Positions 27,118 to 37,502 are shown, numbered from the stretch's first letter. The stretch: 64,000 bases of DNA from a virus (IMGVR_UViG_2740891848_000001:17840-81839), one strand, 5' to 3'. Notes: a model not told the origin generated them from the sequence alone. Translations and numbers: made by a program.

Positions 27118-28893
27118 GTGAATAACCAGTACCTCCAAACCCTCCTCGATCGCGCGGCGAATCGCTGGTCAACCGACCGGGCGACGATGACCTATGGGGA
27201 TTGGATGTGTGAGAACACGCATCTTCGCGACCAGAAATTCAGCTTCAAGCGTTACCCGTTTCAGAAGCAGATCGCCGACGATATGAGTCAGTCGCTGGAC
27301 TGCATCAAGCCCTCGCAGGTTGGCCTGACGGAGCTTCAGATCCGCAAGGTGCTGGCCTTCATCGCGCGCACGCGGGGCGTGAAGGTCATCTACACGCTGC
27401 CCGACGAGAAGATGATGGAGCGGATCGCCACGGGCCGGATTCGCCCGATCGTGGACGAAGAGAAGGTGTTCAACCTGGAGTCGATCGGGGGTGGCAAGCC
27501 GACGCGCACGAAGGAAATCATCCAGGTCGGCAAGAGCTTCATGTACGTCGCCGCAGCCGGCGAAGGCGCGGCGACCTCGATCGACGCGGACATGGTCGTC
27601 AACGACGAAGTGGACTTGACCGACCAGGCGATCCTGGCCCTGTTCTCGTCGCGTCTGCAAGGCTCGGACTATCGCATCGCGCACCGCTTCTCGACGCCCA
27701 CGCACACCGACTTCGGTATCGACCAGACGTTCAAGATCACCGACCAGCATGAGTACATGCTGAAGTGCTCGCACTGCAACCATTGGCAGGTTCCGGACTT
27801 CGACAAGAAGTTCGTGCATCTCCCCGGCCTGGGAGACAAGGAGTTCGAGGAGATCGACCAGTCGATGCTCGACGCCGGCACGATCGACCTCAGCCTCGCG
27901 TCAATCCGATGCGAGCACTGCGGCGGGTTGCTCAATCTCGGCGACCACGCGCGGCGCGAGTGGGTCGCCAAGTATCCGAACCGCAAAGACCGGCGCGGCT
28001 ACCGCGTCCGTCCGTTCTCAACCGAGCGGCTGGATGTCCGATACATCATCAACCAGCTCTTCGATTACAAGCGGCTGAACTTTATCCGCGGCTGGTACAA
28101 CACCGTGCTCGGCCGCTCGCACACGGGTGGCGACCAGCGCCTGTCCGAAGCCGACATCCAGAAGGCCTTCACGGGCGACGCGCTCAAACGCCCTCCCCTT
28201 GTCGGCCTGCCGGCCTGGATCGGTATCGACGTGGGTCAGACCTGTCACATCGTGGTCGGCCAAGGCTATGACGTGAACTCGATCCACGTCCGCGAGTTCC
28301 TGACCGTGCCGGTCGGGCGCCTGATCGAAGAGTTGCAGCGCATCTGCGCGGAATACCGCGTCATCGCGGGATCCTGCGACCGCCACCCGTACACGCCGAC
28401 TGCCGAGGCCGCACGTGACGTGACCTACGGCCGGGTGCTCCCGAACGAATACCGTGGCCAGAAGGAAGTGAACCTGATCAAAGACGCGGCTGGCGAAGTC
28501 CTCTACATGCAGTCCAACCGGACGATGTTGCTGGACGAAGTCGCGCGCGTCGTGCGCCTGGGCCGCATCAAGTTCTCTGGATACGGCACCCAGCAGGCCG
28601 TGATCGCCGAGCACCTGAAAGACATGGTTCGCAACGAGGAACCAGAGAAAGAAGCCGAGTGGCAGAAGTTGAACGGCAACGACCACTACTTCCACGCGCT
28701 CGGCTTCCTGTTGAGTGCAGTGAAACTGCACACGACCAACGCTTCGTCGCTGTTCAACACCGAATCTCGAAGCGTCATCGCCATCGCGGGCGCGGACATC
28801 GGCTTTAATCAGTCGGTCGGCCTAGCCCAGTCCAAACACACTACGAAGACCCACCTCTATGGCCAAGGCTCCGGCAACATCATCCACTTCTAA
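27118..28893 (+). CDS. Terminase large subunit (GpA-like)
   Basis: Adenine-binding YPFQKQI, Walker A KPSQVGLTE, Walker B VVNDEVD, STPT coupling motif, CxxC pairs, nuclease GIDVG...NDHYFHA. Confidence 0.85.
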   Translation: MNNQYLQTLLDRAANRWSTDRATMTYGDWMCENTHLRDQKFSFKRYPFQKQIADDMSQSLDCIKPSQVGLTELQIRKVLAFIARTRGVKVIYTLPDEKMMERIATGRIRPIVDEEKVFNLESIGGGKPTRTKEIIQVGKSFMYVAAAGEGAATSIDADMVVNDEVDLTDQAILALFSSRLQGSDYRIAHRFSTPTHTDFGIDQTFKITDQHEYMLKCSHCNHWQVPDFDKKFVHLPGLGDKEFEEIDQSMLDAGTIDLSLASIRCEHCGGLLNLGDHARREWVAKYPNRKDRRGYRVRPFSTERLDVRYIINQLFDYKRLNFIRGWYNTVLGRSHTGGDQRLSEADIQKAFTGDALKRPPLVGLPAWIGIDVGQTCHIVVGQGYDVNSIHVREFLTVPVGRLIEELQRICAEYRVIAGSCDRHPYTPTAEAARDVTYGRVLPNEYRGQKEVNLIKDAAGEVLYMQSNRTMLLDEVARVVRLGRIKFSGYGTQQAVIAEHLKDMVRNEEPEKEAEWQKLNGNDHYFHALGFLLSAVKLHTTNASSLFNTESRSVIAIAGADIGFNQSVGLAQSKHTTKTHLYGQGSGNIIHF

Positions 28894-30457
28894 GGGCGTC
28901 GGTGGAGCTATCGGCTCCGCTCTTGCGGTCCTCCTGCCTCGAAGCAAGGCGGGCGGCAAGGGCACGTCGATGCCGGGGACGTTCAACCCGGCCTCGCCAC
29001 AGCAGATCCTGACGCTGCCCACTTATCGCGAGCACCTGACTGACATCTTCACGTCGCGAACTGCGAACGACTCGCGCGCGCTAATCAAGACCCTATTCGT
29101 GCAGGATCCGGACGTGTCGGCCGCAGTTAACGCGTACCTGACCGTGGCCAACACGGAGATGGTGGCGGTCGTCAAGGACGTGAATAAGCAGATCGACCGC
29201 GACGGCCAGAAGATCCTGAACGCGGTCATGGAAGCCTACGACACGCGCTTCGACTATACGAAGGGTTTCGACTTCCGCCCCTCGTGGAAGGAGTTGGCCG
29301 AGAATTTCCGATACATGCTTCTCGCCACTGGCTCCCTGCCGATCGAACTGGTGCTGTCGAAGACCTTCGCGCCGCAGGAGTTCCGGATGATCGACCCGCA
29401 GACGCTGAACTGGAAGGAAACCCAGCCTGGCGTCAAGCAACCGATCCAGAAGACCAGCGATGGCAAGCAAATCCAGCTCGACATCCCAACCTTCTTCGTC
29501 AAGTTCTTCAGACGTGACCCGACGAGCCTCTACACGTACTCGCCGTTCGTCTCGACCATCAACACCGTCGCCGCGCGCCAACAGGTCATCAACGACCTGT
29601 ATCGCATCATGCAGCTGACCGGCTACCCGCGCATGGAAGTGAAGGTGGTCGAAGAAGTCGTCACGAAGAACGCGCCGCTCGATGTCAAGGCTGATCCGGT
29701 TAAGCTGAAGACCTACGTCCAGCAGGTGCTCGGCGGTATCAGCCAGAGCATTGCCAACATCCGCCCCGACCAGGCGTTCGTCCACACCGACGCGTCCGAG
29801 ATCAAGATGATCAACGACAAGAACCCCGGTATGGCGCTCGACATCTCGAAGATCATCGACACGCTCAACTCGCAGAACCAGGCGGGGCTGCGGATCATGG
29901 GCACGATCATCGGTCGAGGCAATGCCGGCGTGAACACGGCGTCGGTGGAAGCGCGCATTTTCAGCATGATCGCTGAAGAGCTGAACCAGCCGATCGCCGA
30001 CATCTTCTCCGACATGCTCACACTGGCCATTCGCCTGCAAGGCTCGATGTCGAGCGTTGAAGTGAAGTTCCGCCCGGTAGAGCTTCGTCCGCTCACCGAA
30101 CTCGAACCACAGTTGACAATGCGCGCCGCTCGACTGAAGGCCGACCTGTCGCTCGGGATCATCGACGACGACGAGTACCACCTTGAGATGTACGGTCGCA
30201 TCCGTCCGGACTCCGCACCTATCCTCACCGGCACCAACTTCATGCCTGGCACGAACGTCCAGGTGTTGACCGCACAGGACACGCTTGATCAGCCGAACAC
30301 CACCGGCAACACCGACCAGACGAACTCGAACAGCAAGACGAACAAGAGCGATCCGAACAGCAGCGCGAAGAAGGTTTCGCCGAACTCTGACCCACTCGGA
30401 AAGAGTCTCGCGCCGAAGGGCGGCAGCGCAGCAGTCGGCAATAACGTAAGACCTTGA
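28859..30457 (+). CDS. Portal protein
   Basis: 532 aa directly after the terminase; called from synteny and size. Confidence 0.65.
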   Translation: MAKAPATSSTSKGVGGAIGSALAVLLPRSKAGGKGTSMPGTFNPASPQQILTLPTYREHLTDIFTSRTANDSRALIKTLFVQDPDVSAAVNAYLTVANTEMVAVVKDVNKQIDRDGQKILNAVMEAYDTRFDYTKGFDFRPSWKELAENFRYMLLATGSLPIELVLSKTFAPQEFRMIDPQTLNWKETQPGVKQPIQKTSDGKQIQLDIPTFFVKFFRRDPTSLYTYSPFVSTINTVAARQQVINDLYRIMQLTGYPRMEVKVVEEVVTKNAPLDVKADPVKLKTYVQQVLGGISQSIANIRPDQAFVHTDASEIKMINDKNPGMALDISKIIDTLNSQNQAGLRIMGTIIGRGNAGVNTASVEARIFSMIAEELNQPIADIFSDMLTLAIRLQGSMSSVEVKFRPVELRPLTELEPQLTMRAARLKADLSLGIIDDDEYHLEMYGRIRPDSAPILTGTNFMPGTNVQVLTAQDTLDQPNTTGNTDQTNSNSKTNKSDPNSSAKKVSPNSDPLGKSLAPKGGSAAVGNNVRP

Positions 30458-30466
30458 AGAAAATCT

Positions 30467-30503
30467 TTGACTCCTAAATAGCCCGTCGAAATAATACGGG
30501 CTA
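30467..30503 (+). promoter_or_regulatory. Possible promoter with its -10 enclosed by an inverted repeat
   Basis: TTGACT-17-AATAAT; TAGCCCGT (30479-86) and ACGGGCTA (30496-503) flank the -10. Confidence 0.35.
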
Positions 30504-30539
30504 CTTTCACCGGGCAGTCATTTACGCACCACACTGGTT

Positions 30540-31670
30540 ATGCCGAAGAGCGTTCCAATCACACCGCGGATTCAAAACCTGATCACCCAGAACAACGGTG
30601 GTGAGGCAGTCGACTACGGCAACATCGTGGTCTTCGAAGCGTCGGTGCTGAACACTCGCCCGCTGACGAAACCCGGCTCGATCTTCGATCAAGGCCGAGT
30701 CTCGGATGACACGCTCAAGCAGATGGCGACGTACCTGAACAGCGGGGGTTTCGTGCCGCTCCAGACGTTGCATCCCAATGGCGACGAGCTGCCGCTCGGC
30801 CGCTTCTTCTACGGTGAAGTCCTGCCGTCTACGCTCGGCGATGGGTCGAGCGAGCTGGTCTGCCTCTTCTACCTGCCGCGCACCGACGAGAACGTTCCGA
30901 AGCTGGACAACGGGATCATCGACGAGGTCAGCGTCGGCTTCGTCGGCCAACAGCTGCTCTGCTCGCAGTGCGGCTGGGACTATCGCAGTCCGGACGCGTC
31001 GCTGCTCAACTTCTTCGACCGCGTCTGCGCAAACGAGCACACGCTCGGCGACGATGGCACGTATCTCAAGATCAACGGTCTCGACCGCTGGACGGAAACG
31101 TCGCTCGTGTCGAAGGGCGCCGCACACAACGCAAAGATCATGGGCCGCACTAAACAGCGGCTCGGCCAGGAGCAGTACGAACGCCTGGCAGCTTCGGGTA
31201 TCGCCCCCGAGCAAATTTTGTTGACCGCCACCACAACCGATACCCGGAGTAAGAAAACGATGGACAAGGAAATGATCGAGATGGTCAATCAGCTCGCTGA
31301 GCTGAAGGCTGATGCCAAGCATCACACCATCGCACTGACGGCCAAGGACGGCGAGATCGCCACCCTCAAGGCTTCGGTCGAAGCAAAGGGCGCTGAAATC
31401 GCGAAGCTGAAGGAAGGCACGGAGCTGAAGGAAGCGACGACCAAGCTGACGGCAGCTGAAGCGCAAGTCACGGAGCTGACGGCTTCGAAAACGACTGTCG
31501 AAACCGAGCTGGCTGAAGTCAAGGCAAAGCTCGCAACGGCGGAAACGCAGATCGCTACCCTGCAAGCGGGCGCCGGTAACGGCGGTCGTTCGCAAGGCGC
31601 TGGCGCAGGCAACTCGGCCGGCAATGCTTCGACCGCCGCTTCGGCGTTCAAAGCAGCACCGCGTCGCTAA
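30540..31670 (+). CDS. Prohead protease fused to a coiled-coil scaffold
   Basis: EVSVGF and ETSLVSKGA protease-like motifs, C-terminal heptad coiled coil, synteny. Confidence 0.65.
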   Translation: MPKSVPITPRIQNLITQNNGGEAVDYGNIVVFEASVLNTRPLTKPGSIFDQGRVSDDTLKQMATYLNSGGFVPLQTLHPNGDELPLGRFFYGEVLPSTLGDGSSELVCLFYLPRTDENVPKLDNGIIDEVSVGFVGQQLLCSQCGWDYRSPDASLLNFFDRVCANEHTLGDDGTYLKINGLDRWTETSLVSKGAAHNAKIMGRTKQRLGQEQYERLAASGIAPEQILLTATTTDTRSKKTMDKEMIEMVNQLAELKADAKHHTIALTAKDGEIATLKASVEAKGAEIAKLKEGTELKEATTKLTAAEAQVTELTASKTTVETELAEVKAKLATAETQIATLQAGAGNGGRSQGAGAGNSAGNASTAASAFKAAPRR

Positions 31671-31694
31671 ACACTCGTAACCCGAGAGGAAAAA

Positions 31695-32102
31695 ATGAGC
31701 AACGTAATCGGTAATGGCGTATCGCTTCGTGGGATGTACCACGACGACTTCCAATACCCGTTCCTGCTCGCCGCTGGCATCACCAAGGCCGATGAAGGTA
31801 AGGCTGTCACTGTCGATACGAGTGCAGTGAACACGGTGAAGTTGGCAGGCGACGGCGATCGGATCATTGGGCGTCTGGAAGTGGTTGAAGTCCGCGTCCA
31901 GGAGGGCATCAACATCGGCACCGTGTCGATCATGGGCGGTCTGGACTTCCCGGCGAAAGCGGGCTATGTCCCGGCAGCTGGCGACAACCTGGTTGGCGCA
32001 GCAGGCGGATTGGTCAATAAGGCAGGCGCGGGCGTGAGCACCGGCTGGATCTTCTTGGGCGAACTCAGCCCGACCGGCAACCCAGTCCTGGTCAAGCTGT
32101 AA
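31695..32102 (+). CDS. Head decoration/cement protein
   Basis: 135-aa Gly-rich beta protein between the protease and capsid genes. Confidence 0.5.
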   Translation: MSNVIGNGVSLRGMYHDDFQYPFLLAAGITKADEGKAVTVDTSAVNTVKLAGDGDRIIGRLEVVEVRVQEGINIGTVSIMGGLDFPAKAGYVPAAGDNLVGAAGGLVNKAGAGVSTGWIFLGELSPTGNPVLVKL

Positions 32103-32110
32103 AGCTGCCG

Positions 32111-32189
32111 GCCCTGTCCACCACCAGGGCTGTCAGTGACCGAAACGTAAGAAGAAGCTGCTGGACCCGTCCACCACCGGGGCCAGCAG
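32111..32189 (+). promoter_or_regulatory. Tandem leader hairpins with identical TCCACCAC loops
   Basis: GCCCTG-tccaccac-CAGGGC (32111-30) and CTGCTGG-a-CCCG-tccaccac-CGGG-g-CCAGCAG (32158-89). Confidence 0.65.
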
Positions 32190-32220
32190 TGGTTGAACCC
32201 AACACCACAATGGATCAAAC

Positions 32221-33408
32221 ATGGCCGATCTGATCGACATCGAACGCCGCTCCCCTGCGGAAGTATTGGCCGGACTCCGTCCGGACGAAGCCAGCGACCA
32301 AGGTCGCTCCATCAACGCTGGCCAGCAGCTCGTGCGCCGCGCCGCAGATGCAGGCTTGAACCTGCGTGACTACCTCACGCTGGCGATCGACCCGCGCCGC
32401 GCCGACGACGCAGCTCGCTACGAAGGCCTGAATGGCTACGAAGCCGCCCTGTCGTTCCTGAACCTGCCGGTTCGCCAAGACCTCGAAAACGGCGTGCTCC
32501 TGCAAGCCGCGAGCGAGACGTTCCAGACGTACCCCGGCACTCGCGCGATGTTCCCGGAAGTCATGGACGATGTGCTGCGCTGGCGCAACCGTCAAGACCA
32601 ACTGGAATCGGTCGCTCCGATCCTCGCGCAATCGCGCACGATCAGCGGCACCGAGCTGATCTCGACGTTCGTCGACGACGACAGCGCCGAGCGCGGTACG
32701 TACTCGGTCGGTGAATTCGGCCGCGTGCCGGTTCGCACGATCCGAACGTCGCAAAGCACGGTAGGCATGTTCAAGCACGGCTCCGGTTACCGTACCTCGT
32801 ACGAGTTCAACCGTCGCGCGTCGCTCGACATCATGACCCCGTTCGCATCGCGCGTCGGTCGCGAACTGGAAATCTCGAAGGTGCGTGCAGCGACGAGCAT
32901 CCTGATCAACGGCGACGGCGTGAATGGCGCAGCCCCAGTGGTCAAGGTCAGCGACTTCGGCGGCGACAAGGCGAAGGAGTTCTCGACCAACTACAAGGCG
33001 CTCGCCAAGTGGTTGATGGCTCGCGCCAAGGCTGGTTACCCTATCGACACGATCCTGGGCAACTACGACATGTTCGTGGAGCTGCTGTTCATGTTCCAGC
33101 CGGTGCTGAACCTCGGCAACGCGACGGACATCGCCGAGCTGGTCAAGGTCGGCACGCCGAAGATCAACACCAGCCTGCCGATCCTGAACCAATCGGTGAA
33201 CTTCGCGCTGTCCTCGACGGTTCCGGAAGGCCAACTGATCGGCTTCACGAAGGGCGAAACGCTGGAAGAGCTGGTCGAAGCAGGTTCGACGATTTCGGAA
33301 AACGAGCGCTCGATCATCAACCAGTCGATCACGTACGTCCGTACCGAAAACACCGGCTACAAGCTGGCGTTCGGCGACACGCGCCAAGTGCTCGACACCG
33401 CTAACTAA
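32221..33408 (+). CDS. Major capsid protein
   Basis: 395 aa, strongly biased codon usage, synteny, followed by a terminator. Confidence 0.75.
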   Translation: MADLIDIERRSPAEVLAGLRPDEASDQGRSINAGQQLVRRAADAGLNLRDYLTLAIDPRRADDAARYEGLNGYEAALSFLNLPVRQDLENGVLLQAASETFQTYPGTRAMFPEVMDDVLRWRNRQDQLESVAPILAQSRTISGTELISTFVDDDSAERGTYSVGEFGRVPVRTIRTSQSTVGMFKHGSGYRTSYEFNRRASLDIMTPFASRVGRELEISKVRAATSILINGDGVNGAAPVVKVSDFGGDKAKEFSTNYKALAKWLMARAKAGYPIDTILGNYDMFVELLFMFQPVLNLGNATDIAELVKVGTPKINTSLPILNQSVNFALSSTVPEGQLIGFTKGETLEELVEAGSTISENERSIINQSITYVRTENTGYKLAFGDTRQVLDTAN

Positions 33409-33426
33409 AGCGGCTCGGGTTGAAGG

Positions 33427-33458
33427 AAAAGGCCCGCCCTCACGGGCGGGCCTTTTTT
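33427..33458 (+). terminator. Rho-independent terminator
   Basis: AAAAGGCCCGCCC-tcac-GGGCGGGCCTTTTTT. Confidence 0.9.
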
Positions 33459-33481
33459 CATTGAACTGACCACCACACATC

Positions 33482-33814
33482 ATGCAAAAAATCATCGCCC
33501 ACACCACCGGCAAGTTTCAGCTGATCGACCAGCTGAGCGGCGACCTGATCTCCGCGCACCGCCCCTCCGTGATCTCGAAGACCCCCTTCGTGACTGCACG
33601 ACTTGGTCTCGACCAAGTCGTGATCGTCGCGGAAGTAAAGCCCGAGGCGACGGATGAAGAGTTCGCCAAGCACTGGAAGGAGGCCAACGGCGACATGGAT
33701 CTCGCGGTCGAATCGTTCCTGTCGAAGTTCGGCCTCGACGCAGACGGCGAGCCGGAAACCCCGCGTACGACCGCGCGCGGCGGCAGGAAGCAAACCTCCG
33801 CTGCCACCGAATAA
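33482..33814 (+). CDS. Hypothetical virion morphogenesis protein
   Basis: 110-aa ORF with an ACCACCAC leader. Confidence 0.6.
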   Translation: MQKIIAHTTGKFQLIDQLSGDLISAHRPSVISKTPFVTARLGLDQVVIVAEVKPEATDEEFAKHWKEANGDMDLAVESFLSKFGLDADGEPETPRTTARGGRKQTSAATE

Positions 33815-33823
33815 GGACGCGCG

Positions 33824-34549
33824 ATGCTGAAATGGTTCCAGGCTGGTGAAGACCTCACCTTTGACATCGAGCTAATCGTCGGCGGCGTCCCCGCGCAGGC
33901 CGACGCCGGCACGACCACGGTCACCGTACGCGACCAGAGCGGGCAAGTTCTCGCCGGCCTGGACCATAAGCCGATCACCGTGCCGGGGACGACTGCGTCG
34001 ATCCCCGTGCCGGCCGGCGCCAACCAGATTGCGGCGGGCAGCGATACCGAGACCCGGTACGTGACCCTGTCGTACATCTCAGGCGGTCAGAGCCGCCAGC
34101 AGACCACCGCCTATGGTCTGCACCCTTTCCTCCCCATCGAAGCCTCTGAGGACGCTGTGCGCAGCCTGCTCGGGGTCGCTTCGGACGAGCTGCCTGACGA
34201 CGACATCGAGCTGGTCCCCGCTTACTACGACCTGGTAACCGACAACGGTGACGCGTTCAAGAACGCGTTCACCACCGGCAACCGGCAACGACAGCAGGCG
34301 AACCGGGCAGTCGCGCTGCGGGCGGCGCTCGACGCCCTGCCTTCGTTGCAGCTGCGCGTCTTTCAGGCGCGCACGAGCGAGAACAACTCTTTCGGTCGCT
34401 TCCAGACGGTTGACTTCCAGCAGCTACGGGCTGACCTCACGGACCAGCTCGCCGCGGCTTTGAAAAATTCCGTCCCCGCGACGACTGCGGCTTCAACGCC
34501 GACGCTGTTCGTGGTGTCCACGCCAACTGACCCTGTGACGAACACATAA
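33824..34549 (+). CDS. Putative head-tail adaptor
   Basis: Synteny; 241 aa. Confidence 0.45.
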   Translation: MLKWFQAGEDLTFDIELIVGGVPAQADAGTTTVTVRDQSGQVLAGLDHKPITVPGTTASIPVPAGANQIAAGSDTETRYVTLSYISGGQSRQQTTAYGLHPFLPIEASEDAVRSLLGVASDELPDDDIELVPAYYDLVTDNGDAFKNAFTTGNRQRQQANRAVALRAALDALPSLQLRVFQARTSENNSFGRFQTVDFQQLRADLTDQLAAALKNSVPATTAASTPTLFVVSTPTDPVTNT

Positions 34550-35064
34550 TGTCCACGCTCCCGTCCCTCACGCGTGTCCTCGTCAACCTGACGCGCGGCA
34601 ACTCCAAGATCTGGGGCGTAGTGAACCTGCCGAAAGGCAGCGCTACCGGCGCCCTCGACTTCAGCCCCGTCGCGAAGATGCTGCTGACGCGGCGCGGTTC
34701 GGTCGCGCAGCCCGGCGACACGGTCCTCGACCTCGGCGAGCGGTACGTGCTCGGCTACTTCAGCTCCGGCGTGAACGATAGCCTCTTCCGAATGTTCCGC
34801 ACGCCATTCACCGGAACCGTCACGCGCATGTTGACCGGAAAAGACCCCGTGACTCAGCTCGAACGCACCGGTCGGCCGACCTCGGTCGGGCTTTGCTCCT
34901 ACGACATGCATACGAGCGGAGTCGCCGCCGACTTTGGTGACCACAAGCGGACCCGCTATCGTCTGATCACCGGCTTCGAGCTGGAGATCAACGACCTCAT
35001 CGGTCAGCTGAAGGTGACCAACGTGCGTCGCGAGCAAGGAATCACCGTCGCTGAGGCCGAGTAA
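34549..35064 (+). CDS. Putative head-closure protein
   Basis: Synteny; TAATG coupling. Confidence 0.4.
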   Translation: MSTLPSLTRVLVNLTRGNSKIWGVVNLPKGSATGALDFSPVAKMLLTRRGSVAQPGDTVLDLGERYVLGYFSSGVNDSLFRMFRTPFTGTVTRMLTGKDPVTQLERTGRPTSVGLCSYDMHTSGVAADFGDHKRTRYRLITGFELEINDLIGQLKVTNVRREQGITVAEAE

Positions 35065-35915
35065 TGCCCGCGCTCGATAAAACTTGGTCCGAGCTGGAAG
35101 CCTACGTCGAGAAGGTTTTCTTCTCGCAACTCACTGAGAAGACCGCCGGTTACGCAGACGACCTTGCGTTGCAGATCGAGAAAGACATCAACCGCGCGCT
35201 CAACACGTTCTTCAAAGACCTGGCCGGGATTATCCAGCCAGGTCTGACTGCGATTCCTGACGAACTGTCGACCTATTCAAACATGTCGTGGCCCGAGCTG
35301 AGCGAGCGGTACTACTACTGGAAGAACCCCGCGAACAAGGGTCGACTGAACGAGAGTAGCGACTTCTTCATGCTGAGTGAGTTGCCGCGCATCAAGCGCA
35401 ACTCGACGAAGTCAAAGCAGCAATGGCGACAAAAGCGCGTGAGGACCGTAGCTGATCTGCGCGCGAATCCCAGCCTCAGAATGCGGCTCGCGAAGCTGGC
35501 CAACCCTAGCGCCTACTACGGCGCGGTGGTGGTGATGATTGAATCGCACACGAAAATCAACCGAGGTGGTCGACGCCAATACAAGGCCGGCACGTTCAGA
35601 CAAGGCATGAACGTGGGTGGGCAGACGATCAAGAGCGCGAGTGACTACGTGACGATCGCAGTCAACTGGCTCCCAGCGATCAGCGGACTCGACCCGGATC
35701 AGCGCGGTGTCACCGAAAACCCACAACCACGCAACGGCGCGCAGAGTCTCCAGCAGTTACCCGCTGACGTGAAAGCGAAGCTGTTGAACCACGAACACAA
35801 CGCGCATGGGACGGCGTATCGTCCGCTGCTCGGCCCCTACATGCTCTGGTATCAGGACAACGTGATCCGAAGGATCGTCAAGTCCGCGATAGCACCTTTT
35901 GGACCAACAATATGA
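35064..35915 (+). CDS. Putative neck/tail completion protein
   Basis: Synteny; TAATG coupling. Confidence 0.35.
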   Translation: MPALDKTWSELEAYVEKVFFSQLTEKTAGYADDLALQIEKDINRALNTFFKDLAGIIQPGLTAIPDELSTYSNMSWPELSERYYYWKNPANKGRLNESSDFFMLSELPRIKRNSTKSKQQWRQKRVRTVADLRANPSLRMRLAKLANPSAYYGAVVVMIESHTKINRGGRRQYKAGTFRQGMNVGGQTIKSASDYVTIAVNWLPAISGLDPDQRGVTENPQPRNGAQSLQQLPADVKAKLLNHEHNAHGTAYRPLLGPYMLWYQDNVIRRIVKSAIAPFGPTI

Positions 35916-36373
35916 TCACGAACAACGCCTATGGCGATCATCTCTCCAGCCTGCTGAAATTCTGTGGGGACTTTGCGAACGAGATCAACGTTCTGGACGA
36001 CGACCCGTTTCAGGTCTGCTATTTCGACGCGTACGAGGACTATGAATCTCTACCGAAGGGCTCATTGATTGGCGTCGCAGGCTACACGATCGGAATCAAT
36101 GAACATCTCGCACACGTCACCCTCATGATTGGCCTCGCAACCGAGAACGATGCGAATGAGTTCCGCCTGACTGATGCAATGGGGAAGTTGCTGACGCGCC
36201 TGCTTCCGACGAAGCGCATTGACGTGGTCGATTCGATAACGGGTGTGAAGCTGGGTCAGATGACAATTGAAGACGGCATTCGAACGATGCCGTCGAGTGG
36301 GGCAATGGGACGATCCATGAAGTACATCGCTTTCACGGCGTCTTCCGATGTTACCGTTGACCTGAGTTCGTAA
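35912..36373 (+). CDS. Putative tail terminator protein
   Basis: Synteny (immediately before the tail tube gene); 153 aa. Confidence 0.45.
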   Translation: MITNNAYGDHLSSLLKFCGDFANEINVLDDDPFQVCYFDAYEDYESLPKGSLIGVAGYTIGINEHLAHVTLMIGLATENDANEFRLTDAMGKLLTRLLPTKRIDVVDSITGVKLGQMTIEDGIRTMPSSGAMGRSMKYIAFTASSDVTVDLSS

Positions 36374-36545
36374 TCGAGCGGATCAACTCCGCGTCTGCTT
36401 TAGTGCCCGCATCGAGTCCAGCTTCAATGAGTGTGATCAGCTCCGCGTTCTTGGTGCGACGATTGATCTTCGCACGTGCCTTTACCTGTTCATGTATGTC
36501 CGGTGGCAATCGCAACGTCGATGGCACCATGTCTTGAACGTCCAT
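36351..36545 (-). CDS. Arc-family ribbon-helix-helix regulator
   Basis: STLRLPPDIHEQVKARAKINRRTKNAELITLIE matches the Arc pattern; GGAG RBS. Confidence 0.8.
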   Translation of the reverse strand: MDVQDMVPSTLRLPPDIHEQVKARAKINRRTKNAELITLIEAGLDAGTKADAELIRSITNSGQR

Positions 36546-36639
36546 TCTGGTTCTCCTTTAAACCAATAAAAACCTTTGATTCGTGACGGTAGCACACGTA
36601 GCATCCGTGCTACCAGAATTTTCAACCGGAGAACTAACG

Positions 36640-37431
36640 ATGGCTGGTGAAGCAAAGTCTAATAAGTTCATGCTTGGCGCGGCCACCGTGATGATCGGTC
36701 CGCAGAAAGAGCTGTTCAACCTGAACCCTGAAGAGCACTCGATCGGTCTCGTCAAGAACTTCTCGATCAGCGGCCAGCCGGCGTACACCGAGCTGACGCA
36801 GGGCGTAAAAAACTCCGTCGTGTACTCGGTGATGACCGGCAACCCAGTCACCGCGACGATGGAAGTCTACGAGCACACGTCGAAGAACCTGGCCTACGGC
36901 CTCGGTTTGGACGGGTCGACGATGGACCCGATCGCCACCAAGACGAGCACGAACGCTGACGTACCGGCAAACGTCGCGGGCACGAAGCTGATTCCGGTGG
37001 CCTCGATCACCGATCTCGCAGTGGGCGACTGGTTCCAGGCTGTGGTGCAGGGTTCGAGCGACAAGCTGCTCGTCGCGCGGATCAAGGAACTCGATGCGCA
37101 GGGCAAGACGATCACGATCGCCGACGAACAGAGCTTCGATTACGCCCTCCCCAATGGCACGGTGGTGCAGAAGGTGAACGTGGTCGGTATCGGCTCGAAG
37201 TCGGATCAGCCGTTCCTGTCGGCGAAGATCGTCGGCAACCTCGCTGACGGCACGCCGGTCGCGCTGCTCATCCCGAAGATCCGTATCACGGGCGGCTTCA
37301 CGCTGGCGTTCAAGACGGACTCGTTCGGCAACCTGCCGTATAAGTTCCAGCCGTACGACCTAGTTAACACCGACCCGTTCTACGACACGTTCCTGCCGTT
37401 CGGTCAGGCGATGCTGGCGGCTGCAAACTAA
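36640..37431 (+). CDS. Major tail tube protein
   Basis: Synteny, beta-rich, followed by a terminator and a chaperone gene. Confidence 0.7.
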   Translation: MAGEAKSNKFMLGAATVMIGPQKELFNLNPEEHSIGLVKNFSISGQPAYTELTQGVKNSVVYSVMTGNPVTATMEVYEHTSKNLAYGLGLDGSTMDPIATKTSTNADVPANVAGTKLIPVASITDLAVGDWFQAVVQGSSDKLLVARIKELDAQGKTITIADEQSFDYALPNGTVVQKVNVVGIGSKSDQPFLSAKIVGNLADGTPVALLIPKIRITGGFTLAFKTDSFGNLPYKFQPYDLVNTDPFYDTFLPFGQAMLAAAN

Positions 37432-37468
37432 AGGTTCTTTTCAGCACTAAAAAGTTCCTTGCTGCACC

Positions 37469-37502
37469 AAGCCACACGACTGTAAAGTCGTGTGGCTTTT
37501 TC
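37469..37502 (+). terminator. Rho-independent terminator
   Basis: AAGCCACACGAC-tgtaaa-GTCGTGTGGCTTTTT. Confidence 0.85.

Noticed and set aside
32129-32148. Hammerhead ribozyme core (CTGTCAGTGACCGAAAC)
   Set aside because: Lacks the CUGANGA core and the flanking stems.
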